From: an uncultured Candidatus Poseidoniales archaeon
GTDB lineage: Archaea; Thermoplasmatota; Poseidoniia; Poseidoniales; Poseidoniaceae
Direction: 5' to 3'
DNA length: 64,000 nt
Assembly (NCBI GenBank): GCA_964526385.1
Contig: CAZGJD010000003.1
Location: 55,225-119,224 of the forward strand
The position numbers and the translations under genes were made by a program. Below, piece after piece: positions 11,301-20,256 of this stretch (within the stretch, counting starts at the first letter, position 1; the number at the start of each line of letters is the position of its first letter). Below the pieces are notes generated by a model, which saw nothing but the letters and a program-made list of their open reading frames with translations, was not told the origin of the DNA and did not search any database.

Positions 11301-14300
11301 ATATCTAATTTCGTGGTCTCTGGTAATCAAATCACCTGGAGCTCCTTCGTAATCTTGAACAGAATAGACCGCATTGTTAGATAGGTCAGCGAACATTGTG
11401 TGGAGTGTGTCTGGATCCAATGATGAGGTTAACAATTGAGTGATTAGAGCGATTTTTGAATTTGTTCGGTGGATACCGGTACTTACAGAGTTAAATTCCT
11501 CGATTAGGTCTGAGGTATACCAATAATCTCCAACGATGTAGTGAGATGCTTCCATCTTCGTGTCAGCAGGTGACCTTACATTATTGTTGAATACAGATTC
11601 AGCATTAGCGAAATTCAAGTACGCGTCTCCCACACAGATGTCTACTTGCCCTTCATCAGGTATACACGGAATAATTTCTCCATCTTCGTAGACTTTGTAG
11701 ATCATTGGCCCATTGGTGTCAACAATTCCATCGACGATGTTGTAGCCTTGAGCAAGAACGACATCTCCATTGGTGTGGGTTACTTCGAATAGTCTTTCAA
11801 TGACATCATCTGACTCAAGATTTGTTTGAATCTTCACGAATTCAGCTACCTGCTCATCTGAGAGGTATTTACCGATTGTTTGAACAAACGATTTCGTGTG
11901 AACTCTGTTATCGTCACTTCCCACGTTGTAGATCATGTCTGCTTCTGACAATCTCCAGATGAACATCGAAACGAGGTCATCTTGGTTTCTTGACAAAAGC
12001 ATGTTACCTGCCGCAGGAATACCAGACTGGAAGTTGTCTGCTACTGATGGGTGGTCTCCAGTTTCAAGAGCTTGGAAACCATAATCCCACCACGATACGA
12101 ATGCAGGCTTATCGGAGTACTTCATCAAACACATATTTTCTGATGAGTCCCAATTTCCTGAGACATCATCACAAGCAGATTCCGATGTTACTCCAACGTG
12201 ATATACGTCCTGATTGGCTAACCATTCATAAGCCAAATTCCAACCTCTATCGTTGAATCCCGAACCAAACGAGCCTAGATACCATCTCGAATTGTCATCG
12301 TATGTTGAATCATCGAGTATTGAAAAACCAAAATCGTTCCACCTTAGGATGTCTGGAACTATGTTGTAAATTGTTTCATCCATGTTTGACTCATGAACTG
12401 TTGACGACGGCATTGCAGCGTCTAATCCATAACTTGCATGCTGAGAGAAAATAAGCATCAATACAAGACCAATTGCACTGAATTGTGGAGTTCTCCAAAC
12501 TGCTTTTCTTGCGTTGGTGATTCTCTCTCCAGGGGTTCTGATGCCCATTCTTCTCCATTTCTTTGCCATTTCACCGGCACCGCTTGCTCTCCAGAGTCCC
12601 GTGATACCCCACGCACCCATAACAGCCATTGCAGGTGCAGCGTTGAAGAGGAATCTTCCAGCTGACCAAGCCATGTATGATGCGATGAGAACCCACATAC
12701 CCAAAATTAGGTGAGGCTGATTTTTCTTTACTACTCCGTCCCACAAAGCAATGAATCCCATTACAATTGCAATAACGAAGACGATTGGTCCGAATGAAGC
12801 GAATAACTGGCCTCTACTCGGGGCACTCGCTTCCGCAATTGTTCCGAAAATCTTGTTCTTAGTAAAGTAACCTGAACCAGTGGTAAGCACTTCCCATGCG
12901 TTGGACATATCTGCTAATTGCAGTAAGTAAAGTACCAAACCAAAGACGAAACCACCAGTGAATAGAGAACCAAGGACCAGTAGCCATGGCTTGTCTCTAA
13001 ATCCAGTTGTAATCCAAGCTATCGCTAGTGTGAAAACAGCTATGAATAATAGCGGTTGTAATCCTGTTGAATTCCAAACCAGATCCAGCTGTGGGTGAGC
13101 ATAGAACGGGATTATCATGACGAAGATTGTTCCCAGCAATAGTAAATTGATTGTAGAGATTGTGGTGCTATCCTTCTTTCTCAACATGTTCATTGCAACC
13201 TGAACTACGTATGCAAGGAAGATAATTGCAGGTCCGTATACGAATCCTTTCCAACCCAATGCTACGATACCAAAACAGACACCTGCGGCTATGGCGTTCA
13301 TGGATGCAGTTCTCTTCTCCTTCATTACAACGCCAAGTGCGTTGTATATTCCGGAAGGCCAAGCATTTGTTGTTCGAGATAGTCTTTCATCTCCACCGTG
13401 TTTAATGGCACGCAGATAAAACATGAATGCTGCAGTCAAGAACAGCAAAACAAACGAATCGTGGTCAGCCATAGCCCAAGTTGATTTTTGAACGTGGGTC
13501 GGCATGAATGCAATTAACCAAGCCGCAATAACGCCAGCACCTTTACCGAAGTGGTCTTTTGCGATACCAGCCATTGGGAACACAATTAATGCACCGAAAA
13601 TTGCCGGTAGAGCAAGCATTGAATACCAAACAGCCTCGTCAGAGGACAAACCTAGGTTGGTCAATAGCATTGCAGCCATTGCCATAGACCATGAGAATAG
13701 AGGTGGTCTTGGATTGATACCTCCAACTGGATAGTTTCTGTCAGCATCCCATATCAAGTGTGCATTTTCTGCAATTACGTAGTCTACTACTCTCTTCATG
13801 TACCATGGGTCAGAACCTCCAGTTAAGTCCCATGATTCCAAACCGGAAGAATTCATTGAGGGCACGAGATACCACTGAATTCTGATTGCTAAGCCCGTGA
13901 TGAAAGCCATGAAAACCATGATTCCTGCCCAGTGATTGGACCAGAATACCTTAGCCTGACTTGGTTCGTGCGACTCACGATTTTTCCATCCACCGTATTG
14001 CTCGTGGGTTGCAAACCAATAGATCAAAACGCCGATGAAGAAGGTTATTCCAAACCAAATCCATACGGCCCAGGTTCCTTCAAGTCTGTCGCTTTCCCAG
14101 TGACTCGATTCATACAATGATGAAACGATGTATAGTAACCACATCGAACCTATAAACAAGGTCCTTGTGTACCATTTTTCAGCAGCCATCCAAGCACAGA
14201 CCAATGCTACAACACCAGTAAGTGCAGCAGGCCAGAATCCAATATATCCGTGATAATTGTCCAAGCCTGAGATTCCAAGAATATTTAGATCACCCAGTGT

Positions 14301-15029
14301 ACCGAAATAGTACAAAGTCAGAATGTGGGTTAAAGCCCATACTCCAAGTGCAATTTGCAGAGGAAGAGTAGCTTTGTTCCATTTTCCATCAAATGATTTG
14401 ATGTAGCCAAACCATCCTACATCGGTCGCAGGTGTTAGTACTCCTCGCAGTAGAACTGCAGCAAGTAATCCGAGTACTGTGAATATACTCCATGTACTGA
14501 AGAAGACATACCCCACAGCCTCTTGCCATGCTCCATTTCTTACATACTCTTCACCTTCGATTACCAACAAATTGGTTTGTGTATCCGCAAAGTTTGCTGC
14601 TGAAACAACAGCAGTCCACAGTCCGACCATGCTGAATACAAGGACGGTATTCCACTCATGTCTGCCACTGTTATCAAGAAGATATCCACCAAACATAGTC
14701 ACCAAGAAAATCGTGGCCACAAAGTTGGAATCTGCAACGCTTGCAACAACATTGGAGAGTATCAATGAAACAATCAATACAGCGAGGGAAACAGATGCTG
14801 TAGGGAATGTTATGATTTTTTTCTCACGCAGGTAGCGTGGTGTCATTGCCAATATTGCGCCTAAGGCAATCATAGCAAATGGTGTCATTTCATTCATATC
14901 CAGAACTAAACCAAAATCTAGTCCATAATCCGCTAACAGAGCCAACAAAATCGCTATGGGGGCTAATAGCCAACCAAGCATAGGTTCTGGGGCTCCAATT
15001 TTACTGTCGTTTTCTGTCGACATATTCAT
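5370..15029 (-). CDS. aglB: Giant archaeal oligosaccharyltransferase (STT3/AglB) with long extracellular beta-sandwich repeats and a C-terminal TM anchor
   Basis: GSDPWY, NYPVG..RPPLF, ADHD, TIAEA and SWWDYG (12078-12092) motifs, followed by ADNFQ; many TM helices. Confidence 0.9.
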   Translation of the reverse strand: MNMSTENDSKIGAPEPMLGWLLAPIAILLALLADYGLDFGLVLDMNEMTPFAMIALGAILAMTPRYLREKKIITFPTASVSLAVLIVSLILSNVVASVADSNFVATIFLVTMFGGYLLDNSGRHEWNTVLVFSMVGLWTAVVSAANFADTQTNLLVIEGEEYVRNGAWQEAVGYVFFSTWSIFTVLGLLAAVLLRGVLTPATDVGWFGYIKSFDGKWNKATLPLQIALGVWALTHILTLYYFGTLGDLNILGISGLDNYHGYIGFWPAALTGVVALVCAWMAAEKWYTRTLFIGSMWLLYIVSSLYESSHWESDRLEGTWAVWIWFGITFFIGVLIYWFATHEQYGGWKNRESHEPSQAKVFWSNHWAGIMVFMAFITGLAIRIQWYLVPSMNSSGLESWDLTGGSDPWYMKRVVDYVIAENAHLIWDADRNYPVGGINPRPPLFSWSMAMAAMLLTNLGLSSDEAVWYSMLALPAIFGALIVFPMAGIAKDHFGKGAGVIAAWLIAFMPTHVQKSTWAMADHDSFVLLFLTAAFMFYLRAIKHGGDERLSRTTNAWPSGIYNALGVVMKEKRTASMNAIAAGVCFGIVALGWKGFVYGPAIIFLAYVVQVAMNMLRKKDSTTISTINLLLLGTIFVMIIPFYAHPQLDLVWNSTGLQPLLFIAVFTLAIAWITTGFRDKPWLLVLGSLFTGGFVFGLVLYLLQLADMSNAWEVLTTGSGYFTKNKIFGTIAEASAPSRGQLFASFGPIVFVIAIVMGFIALWDGVVKKNQPHLILGMWVLIASYMAWSAGRFLFNAAPAMAVMGAWGITGLWRASGAGEMAKKWRRMGIRTPGERITNARKAVWRTPQFSAIGLVLMLIFSQHASYGLDAAMPSSTVHESNMDETIYNIVPDILRWNDFGFSILDDSTYDDNSRWYLGSFGSGFNDRGWNLAYEWLANQDVYHVGVTSESACDDVSGNWDSSENMCLMKYSDKPAFVSWWDYGFQALETGDHPSVADNFQSGIPAAGNMLLSRNQDDLVSMFIWRLSEADMIYNVGSDDNRVHTKSFVQTIGKYLSDEQVAEFVKIQTNLESDDVIERLFEVTHTNGDVVLAQGYNIVDGIVDTNGPMIYKVYEDGEIIPCIPDEGQVDICVGDAYLNFANAESVFNNNVRSPADTKMEASHYIVGDYWYTSDLIEEFNSVSTGIHRTNSKIALITQLLTSSLDPDTLHTMFADLSNNAVYSVQDYEGAPGDLITRDHEIRYLAVDTKLYPRGGSYNSEYSGGNPTGIFAPVSILSGQDFSTFMDEVYMTSRGQFNDEMTREEFDEEMTKDILNQQAGQDFDPLQLVDVRVDHKPAFFDTMLARTYVGYGSPNLGFATTEQPGQHWGQSGTPNSILTNALPMPGAMMNHLVIANWYNAEDPNDGLGSSNTLVKVMKYYAGAEICGQVTMSDNGLPLSDVRILLERDAFSGEDETDLDSDTYWIPIGNTDTDENGNWCFIAPAGKIRASAYAGEFDDAVAKDSFQANEYSSGLGDLTVDVNEDRETNAITALLGKVSNMTWMGEITYNITGQQADRLASFDETFDIAVDSSGISGTVTWTGNESFEGQALDGIDFILKNIWSMTSNYTLSTSSGSFTTEDGDSRIIQGSGEVLFTNNGSFDTQGNPAIVRGFTGNFTRIVDDGRSYTASATFSGAGTIVATSVDYEHTIPSCEYSNESSSPELPRFNETVENETVTSTHVICLTEEADTYYFMGEINATGRMTAEGPVTVVKYLDGETFEGTGLFEGIGTANGTGLFIGEGTFSGDMVAPGSFYKTGILPGTYNMIAIMPNGKEVLLPDPVEVGLTPTNNLEMVLPGSIFADTLLTQSTDTGAPEPLPNQTIELLDLDIDEDVPIAEIITDEEGNFSYGPIAAGEYQWRVDVDGDGWYEMLMNFTVGQDSENISLAAFIPLKQDVTINLLAGDSGLDLSNRTLTFTNTESTDLLPIIETAVSDENGIVTVELFTGSWIVSDENDEEYVLWNEFDLESEDMEFDLTYSVSVWINATLYSVRAEGETLLDNGETLENLTNVYLDDPSNATIEPASNVKIEARSGSIVIDTISDFNGNYSMRLPENMVFHVTADRFSGSSTYAGGILVENAPDLESGNIYLLNTGNVEGTVYIRESLTNGSGAVWSNEIPGSQSIEIIATNDDGLEWRSQLDNSGMFTFNLNKGNWTYTVSNELMNVEPVVKNNSGYEMEPVDLIANPDNVSVTFRIFLDTTDGTWENGSAIMPAFDIVTMSGIGINATVTPDDYDLVTGEVTLELSVGQYTIELSPTLPTDENATDYYLQSDFIPNLNLGLGPSGEPLSVPIIPEYLVTGNVTTESGMALSNSTVWLRNEAGDDFHPLNTDENGSFAKYVPGGFWYVEVADFTADDSGETEIFRGVLDLNGAERDIVWQTQTAMPVTMQLQEMFTGVNVTATRITAVSNEGLGNVSLGPSDNFGNISEVLMPGDWTLHLNRTETLEQWILEEGVYLSDNLENGIWNVGVVEVNKHVLIGGKIFWDLNDDDLPSPGEGVENATVNVTAERGWEWTLQTDADGVWSVFVPIRDDYDVQAEKPGFDSATYTNETSSTYAYVVNDTHESRDLELTAGLVSVSGNVTDSVPTAMRLEGATVTLYPASGIVRDPVVITNLVYENDILSWSDDIMPGNWIVYVEGTDTDDNGGGIAVGLLEASVQEGASLDLEMRKGGRLTLTSSWTDIENTVLTAGDVGEDVFVTISLGDEVEWDIAFDTNGELNIILPSCEGSQSCVDLESEFETIQHDLQLTMPYSSGIVVDIDQDTAIDKEMQFTKKVDSDLTVSIESVNSGATYSVDDLGDLTATETDSNGYEVIELTLNLIYNGTEIEDVFSTSGSLDLTQDSEFWSVEFKDKDGNWVDSINVTMGIGQNNSDENQVLTNQVDVRITLPLQNQSITYDDGHTVKMRFTAEGGLSEETVVVRVPQIYNISLEDAPESIGIADGGTVLVTLRVDNLGNGDDTVSVTSSIPQVCVDAGWDVTPKLSNLTIAANNDRSQSFTVFAPTNSTLDDCNVAFEATSEGDFEVQTASTEVVIAVADLTILTESIEPRNADAFANQDGIFRVPIENTGFLSTGDVIVYLEASQEGTDYPTQQTTIRIAAQDVEWAEFSYSDLPPGTAHLRVRLDVIDTPLDSTVEPVDFSRKFSNVADGEESPWITVVIFMLTILALYGGYKVARKGSSSRF

Positions 15030-15166
15030 TTCCCTCTGTTTTTTTGTCCAGCCTTATGGCTGTAGCGTTGTGGCGACCAAAGGGCCCTTTTTATGCGTTC
15101 CCTACGGGTATTTCCACTGCAACCTGTAGGCCTTAATTTAAAACGTGTTACTGCGAGGTTGTTTTC

Positions 15167-16426
15167 TCAATTTTTATTTAGGGCCCTGTGACCGATATCT
15201 CGCCGATAATGTGAGCCGGATAACTCAATTTGCTCGATTAAAGAATAGGCCATGTTTGCTGCTTCTTGTAAATTTGAGCCAATTCCTGTACAGGAAAGAA
15301 CTCTTCCCCCGTTGGAAACCAATACACCACTCTCGTATTTTGTACCTGCATGGTTGACCCAACCTCTATCTGAATTCTTAGGAAGATTTCCAATTATTCT
15401 CCCTTTTTCAACCGAACCTGGATAATTTTCAGCCGCAAGAACAACAGTCATTGCATGATTGTTAGAAAATTGGACATTTAATTCCGACAAGGAATCTGTT
15501 GAAGCCGCTTTAAACATCTCACCCAAATCTGAATCAATCAGTGGTAGTGTTATTTGGCATTCAGGGTCTCCAAATCTTACGTTGAATTCTACGACATAGG
15601 GGTCTCCGTGAGAATCTATCATCAATCCACAGTAAAGTACGCCTCTGTAAGGAACTCTTTGTTTTGAAAGATAAGAGTGCATTGGTTTAACAACTCTTTC
15701 AACCGTTTTCATATGCACTTCTTCAGTGTATATTGGTGCCGGAGCGTAAGCTCCCATTCCTCCAGTATTACGACCTTTATCGCCTTCGAACTCTCTTTTG
15801 TGGTCTTGACTAGCGGGAAGGCAAACAAATCCACTCCTATCCATAACAACCAGCATACTTGCTTCCTCACCTGGCAAGAAATCCTCTAACAGAACTTGCC
15901 CGTCAGAATCAATTGATTGTTCAATAAATTCCTTTGCTTCATTTCGATTTTCAGTTACAACTACACCTTTACCTCCGGCGAGTACGTCTCTTTTGATGAC
16001 CCAAGGGTTTGACGAAAACTCATCAAGAGCACTTTCAATATCAGAATCCCTCTCGAGTACGTGGAATTTTGCAGTTGGGACCCCGTTCAATTCCATCACT
16101 TGCTTTGCGTGTAATTTGCTACCTTCCAATCTTGCTAAATTGGCAACTGGACCAAAACAAGGAATATCCATTTTTGCGAGCAGATCGGCTAAACCCTCAC
16201 ACAAAGGCGCCTCCGGACCAGCGATTACAAAATCAACATCTAACTGAAAGGCAAGATGTATTAGGTCTGAAACCTCTGAAAAATTATGGTTTGTCGCAAT
16301 GTCTGCCGTACCAGCATTTCCTGGAGCGCAATGAATCTCAGATACTGATTCACTTGCAGAAAGACCGAGACAAATGGCGTGTTCTCTGCCTCCGCCACCC
16401 ACCACTAATACCGACAATCCTGACAT
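15167..16426 (-). CDS. purD: Phosphoribosylamine--glycine ligase
   Basis: VVGGGGREHA, APGNAG, LEGSK, LAGGKGV, QDHKR, NTGGMGAY, EFNVRFGDPE; start moved to ATG 16426. Confidence 0.97.
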   Translation of the reverse strand: MSGLSVLVVGGGGREHAICLGLSASESVSEIHCAPGNAGTADIATNHNFSEVSDLIHLAFQLDVDFVIAGPEAPLCEGLADLLAKMDIPCFGPVANLARLEGSKLHAKQVMELNGVPTAKFHVLERDSDIESALDEFSSNPWVIKRDVLAGGKGVVVTENRNEAKEFIEQSIDSDGQVLLEDFLPGEEASMLVVMDRSGFVCLPASQDHKREFEGDKGRNTGGMGAYAPAPIYTEEVHMKTVERVVKPMHSYLSKQRVPYRGVLYCGLMIDSHGDPYVVEFNVRFGDPECQITLPLIDSDLGEMFKAASTDSLSELNVQFSNNHAMTVVLAAENYPGSVEKGRIIGNLPKNSDRGWVNHAGTKYESGVLVSNGGRVLSCTGIGSNLQEAANMAYSLIEQIELSGSHYRRDIGHRALNKN

Positions 16427-16512
16427 ATCGCTTCCATCTATACGAGGCAAATAAGTCCATCTGAACGAATTTGTTCCATTCAATTCAAAGGCTTAGTTGT
16501 GCCCAAGCAATC

Positions 16513-17121
16513 ATGGGCGACTTCAATACCTTCGAGATGATGTTATTCACATTGTGGATTTATCTCCCAGGATTTTTGGTTAACACCTTTGCAATGATGT
16601 GGGGCAAGTGGCTGCCAAAAACTGGATATGGACCATGGCCAATAGATGGTGGTAAATTTCACAAAGATGGAAATCGTATTTTAGGAGACGGAAAAACTTG
16701 GAACGGACTTGTTGGTGGGTCATTAACCAGCGGATTGCTTTGTGTCTTGATGGTAAGCATACCAGAAAATTGGATATTCATTTCACCCGTTAATGGTTCA
16801 ACTGGCTGGGCTGCTAATGCATTTTTGCTGGGAACCTTCTTAGGATTTACAAGCCTAATCGGCGACTCAACTGGATCTTATTTAAAAAGGAGAAGAGGAA
16901 TGAAAAGAGAAGGGGATGTGTCGAGCAAAGCACCGTTATTAGATACTCTTCCTTTTGCAGTTTCAGTATTCATATTCGGTCAGATATTCTTAACCGAATC
17001 TGCTCACGGTAGTAGGGAATTAATCGTACCAATGATTCTACTGGTCGTAATCACTCCATTATTGCATAGGTCATTCAATCTGATTGGATACAAAATCGGC
17101 TGGAAAGATGTGCCTTACTGA
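16513..17121 (+). CDS. carS: CDP-archaeol synthase (DUF46)
   Basis: PIDGG..DGNRILGDGKTW, GDSTGSYLKRR, APLLD and C-terminal GWKDVPY; start moved to ATG 16513. Confidence 0.9.
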   Translation: MGDFNTFEMMLFTLWIYLPGFLVNTFAMMWGKWLPKTGYGPWPIDGGKFHKDGNRILGDGKTWNGLVGGSLTSGLLCVLMVSIPENWIFISPVNGSTGWAANAFLLGTFLGFTSLIGDSTGSYLKRRRGMKREGDVSSKAPLLDTLPFAVSVFIFGQIFLTESAHGSRELIVPMILLVVITPLLHRSFNLIGYKIGWKDVPY

Positions 17122-17166
17122 ACTTAACAGCGTTTCATTCATTTGCTATGAGTAAATCCCGTAACC

Positions 17167-18819
17167 ATGCGAAGAGCAGTTCTAATGTCTATATTGATAT
17201 TATTTAGCCTGAATTCGGTTTCTGCGACCGAATATGATTCTAATCAGAATCTAAGTACAAATGGTAACCTTTCAGGCAATCACACAGTAACAAACGAGGC
17301 TACTCTTGAAATTAGTGGGGATTATAATATTGAAGATGGGTCTAATTTTGTTGTCGAAGAGGGCTCAACAATGATAATTAGTGGAGAGATGAGTGCTAAC
17401 GCTCCACCTCAGTTGAATATTGACCCGCAGACAGAAATGGTTGTGCCAATCGGAAACTTAGGCTCTGAGGGAATTATGAGAATTATCTTCGCTGAGGAGG
17501 TATATTACAACATCACAATCGAAATCAATAACGATTCATATGAATGGAAAGGTGAGACTTTCAATTATACAATGGATATGGATGTTGATAATGTAGTAGT
17601 TAATTTCACGCACACTGGGTTTTGGTTGATTGCCATATCCGAAATCCAATTATCACCATCTGGAAGTACTCCAGAGATTAGAACACCAGATGTACTAACT
17701 GGGAACGGCACTTCTTACGTTATTCCTGACCGAAATAAAGCTTGGACAATTGACGTACACGGAGATTTAGAAGTTACAGGTAGCATCTATGGCGCAGAAA
17801 TAAATTGTTTTGGCAATTGTACATTTACAAATGCAGATTTAACGAGTACTGGTCCAATCAATGCATACGGTTCGTTGATTATTACCGACTCATCCCTTTC
17901 AGGAGGAATTTCTGACGAAGACATCATTGTCTGGGATGATGCAGAAATTTCGTGGGAGAATAGTATCGGCACAGGCGGGACAACTGACAATTGGATAAGA
18001 TTACTCAGCAGTAGAACAATTGGAGTTCAAAATAGCCATGTCTCTTTCAGAGGGTATGGATTAGGCTATGATGGGGTTAACTCTTCTCAGATAACTGATA
18101 ACTCCACAGGTGATTTCGAAAAATATGGAGACCATGTGATTGATATCGGTTACAATGAGCGAGTAAGAATCATCGAATGGCAGGATGGAAATGGCGACAT
18201 TCACCAAGAAAGTGCTACTGGTGAATTAGTTCTATCCACCCCTTGGGGGATTTACACAAAAACAATTGATGATTTGCCACGTGTTAACCACTTTGATTTG
18301 GACATAGATCTCCCATTGTTAAGTTTTGACAGCCTTGTTGAATCCGATGATGAAAACAGTGTCAATAGCAGGTTAGGAGTCATGGCTACTGTTTCAAATC
18401 AAGGTGATGTATCGGCTACTTTCCTCGTTGACTGCTTCTCTAATGGTGTTGAAGCTAATGTTGGAGTAAATGTTCCTTACACAGTTGATGCTGGTGACAC
18501 TATTGAAATCCCCTTGAATTGGGACTCAGCCGTAGAAGGAGAGTTAACTCTCGAGTGCAGTATATTTGTTCCATATCAGCTATACTCAATCGAAGTATTG
18601 GACTCATCAGCAAGTTCTGCAAGCAGTGGCGTTGTTACTTGGGAAGAAGCCGACGAAGATAGTTCAAGCATGATTATGCCTCTAGCAATGGGCATTGTTT
18701 TAGCCGTAGTGTGCTATGTGGGATTCATGATATATTCTCGAGCGAAAAATGAAATTGACTTCGAAACTGACTCAGATGATGTATCTGAATCTGATGATGA
18801 TGTGGGAACTATTGAATGA
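17167..18819 (+). CDS. Secreted acidic surface protein with C-terminal TM anchor
   Basis: Signal peptide, beta-rich acidic body, C-terminal hydrophobic helix and acidic tail. Confidence 0.8.
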   Translation: MRRAVLMSILILFSLNSVSATEYDSNQNLSTNGNLSGNHTVTNEATLEISGDYNIEDGSNFVVEEGSTMIISGEMSANAPPQLNIDPQTEMVVPIGNLGSEGIMRIIFAEEVYYNITIEINNDSYEWKGETFNYTMDMDVDNVVVNFTHTGFWLIAISEIQLSPSGSTPEIRTPDVLTGNGTSYVIPDRNKAWTIDVHGDLEVTGSIYGAEINCFGNCTFTNADLTSTGPINAYGSLIITDSSLSGGISDEDIIVWDDAEISWENSIGTGGTTDNWIRLLSSRTIGVQNSHVSFRGYGLGYDGVNSSQITDNSTGDFEKYGDHVIDIGYNERVRIIEWQDGNGDIHQESATGELVLSTPWGIYTKTIDDLPRVNHFDLDIDLPLLSFDSLVESDDENSVNSRLGVMATVSNQGDVSATFLVDCFSNGVEANVGVNVPYTVDAGDTIEIPLNWDSAVEGELTLECSIFVPYQLYSIEVLDSSASSASSGVVTWEEADEDSSSMIMPLAMGIVLAVVCYVGFMIYSRAKNEIDFETDSDDVSESDDDVGTIE

Positions 18820-18820
18820 A

Positions 18821-20164
18821 TCAGCATTCAGATGCTGGCTCACTATCTTGGCTTCCTTCGTTAGAATCCCAAAAGAATTCAATTCGTGAATCAGAGTTGG
18901 TATAGGTCTCTCCTAAATCATTGATTATCTTCACTTCAAAGATGTAGCAACCATCTCCACTGTAGAAATCATCTCTGTCAAGGATTGAAATATCGTTTGA
19001 ATAAGTCCCTGGCATTTGTACCCAACTGTAAGAAAACTCTCCCAATCCTGGAACTATTCCTTCTTCAGCTGTGATAGTGTCATAACTATATGTCTCTGAA
19101 CTACCTTTGAGGACTTTCAAACCAACTGTCCAATCTGATTCAACAGGTTTTGGTTCTACTCCTGTGAACATATTGTTATCAAAACCAAAGGAAGCATCAG
19201 GGTCTCCCATTCCGATGATCAACTCAACGTTGATTCCCGTGTAGGTTTTCTCTCCAGTTTCCGTATCTGTCGTAAACTTTTCATTGATTCTTACGAATCC
19301 AGTGTCAACCTCCCTGTTCATTAGGTGACTAAAATCAAAAGATGCTACTCCACCTTCGGACGTAACTACGACTTCATAAGTTAGGAGTTTATCCTCAGCC
19401 ATATCTTCTGAGTTTCCAATCCAAAAATCAACAAGTGGAACTGAATGGCTCCCTCTGTCAACATTTATTGTAGATTCATGATTTGCACTAACAGTACCAT
19501 CAACAACAATTTCTACTGTATACTCCATTCCAGTAGGTCCGAAGAATTTGAGATCGAGTTCATTGTTAGATCCGTCTAACTCTACGCTTGCTATTGTAAC
19601 ACCCCCGCCTGCTACAATAAACATTGTTCCAATCGATGCAGCGATGTATACCACAACTAACGCAATAGCGGAAAAACCAGCTTTTAGAGTGGTAAAATTA
19701 TCTGATAATTTATTGGAACCTGCATACAATCCCCAGCCTATTGCAATAATCAGGAAAGACAGGAATCTGTCGGTAATGGTAGCGTATATCCAGCCATCTT
19801 GTAGTACTTTGAAAAGGCTAAACAAGACGAAGATTACTGCTGCGATTTGCATTCCAATGATTATTTTCTTGTCATTATCTCTCCATTTGACAGCATCGTC
19901 TACAGTTCCACCTCCACCTGTTGCTACATTATTATCTGGTTTCGGGGATGGAGTTTTTTTATTCTCCACAGGTTTCTTTTCTGGCTCTGCTTTTTTCACT
20001 GGTTTTGGAGCTGGTTGAACCTTGGTTTCCTTTTCCGCAGATTTCTTGCCCATTTCGTACGCACTGATAATTGCAGATGGGTCATTTACAACCTTAGAAC
20101 CAACGTTGTCGCCTTGATGTACAGAATCTTTGTATTCGTTTGCTTTATCCAAAAGTCCACTCAT
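18821..20164 (-). CDS. Hypothetical membrane protein (K/P-rich N-terminus, 3 TM, acidic C-terminal domain)
   Basis: 447-aa ORF with a GGAGG SD sequence upstream and three hydrophobic segments. Confidence 0.8.
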   Translation of the reverse strand: MSGLLDKANEYKDSVHQGDNVGSKVVNDPSAIISAYEMGKKSAEKETKVQPAPKPVKKAEPEKKPVENKKTPSPKPDNNVATGGGGTVDDAVKWRDNDKKIIIGMQIAAVIFVLFSLFKVLQDGWIYATITDRFLSFLIIAIGWGLYAGSNKLSDNFTTLKAGFSAIALVVVYIAASIGTMFIVAGGGVTIASVELDGSNNELDLKFFGPTGMEYTVEIVVDGTVSANHESTINVDRGSHSVPLVDFWIGNSEDMAEDKLLTYEVVVTSEGGVASFDFSHLMNREVDTGFVRINEKFTTDTETGEKTYTGINVELIIGMGDPDASFGFDNNMFTGVEPKPVESDWTVGLKVLKGSSETYSYDTITAEEGIVPGLGEFSYSWVQMPGTYSNDISILDRDDFYSGDGCYIFEVKIINDLGETYTNSDSRIEFFWDSNEGSQDSEPASEC

Positions 20165-20256
20165 AACCTCACCACTGCTAAATCATTACGATAACTTATG
20201 CGTTATCAATACAACCCTTTTACGGGGCAGTTTAAGTGATATTTGGTATGTTGATT

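Noticed and set aside
5431..14835. Many plus-strand ORFs of 60-170 aa
   Set aside because: Antisense shadows of aglB, S/P-rich with no motifs; the same applies to shadows over other long genes
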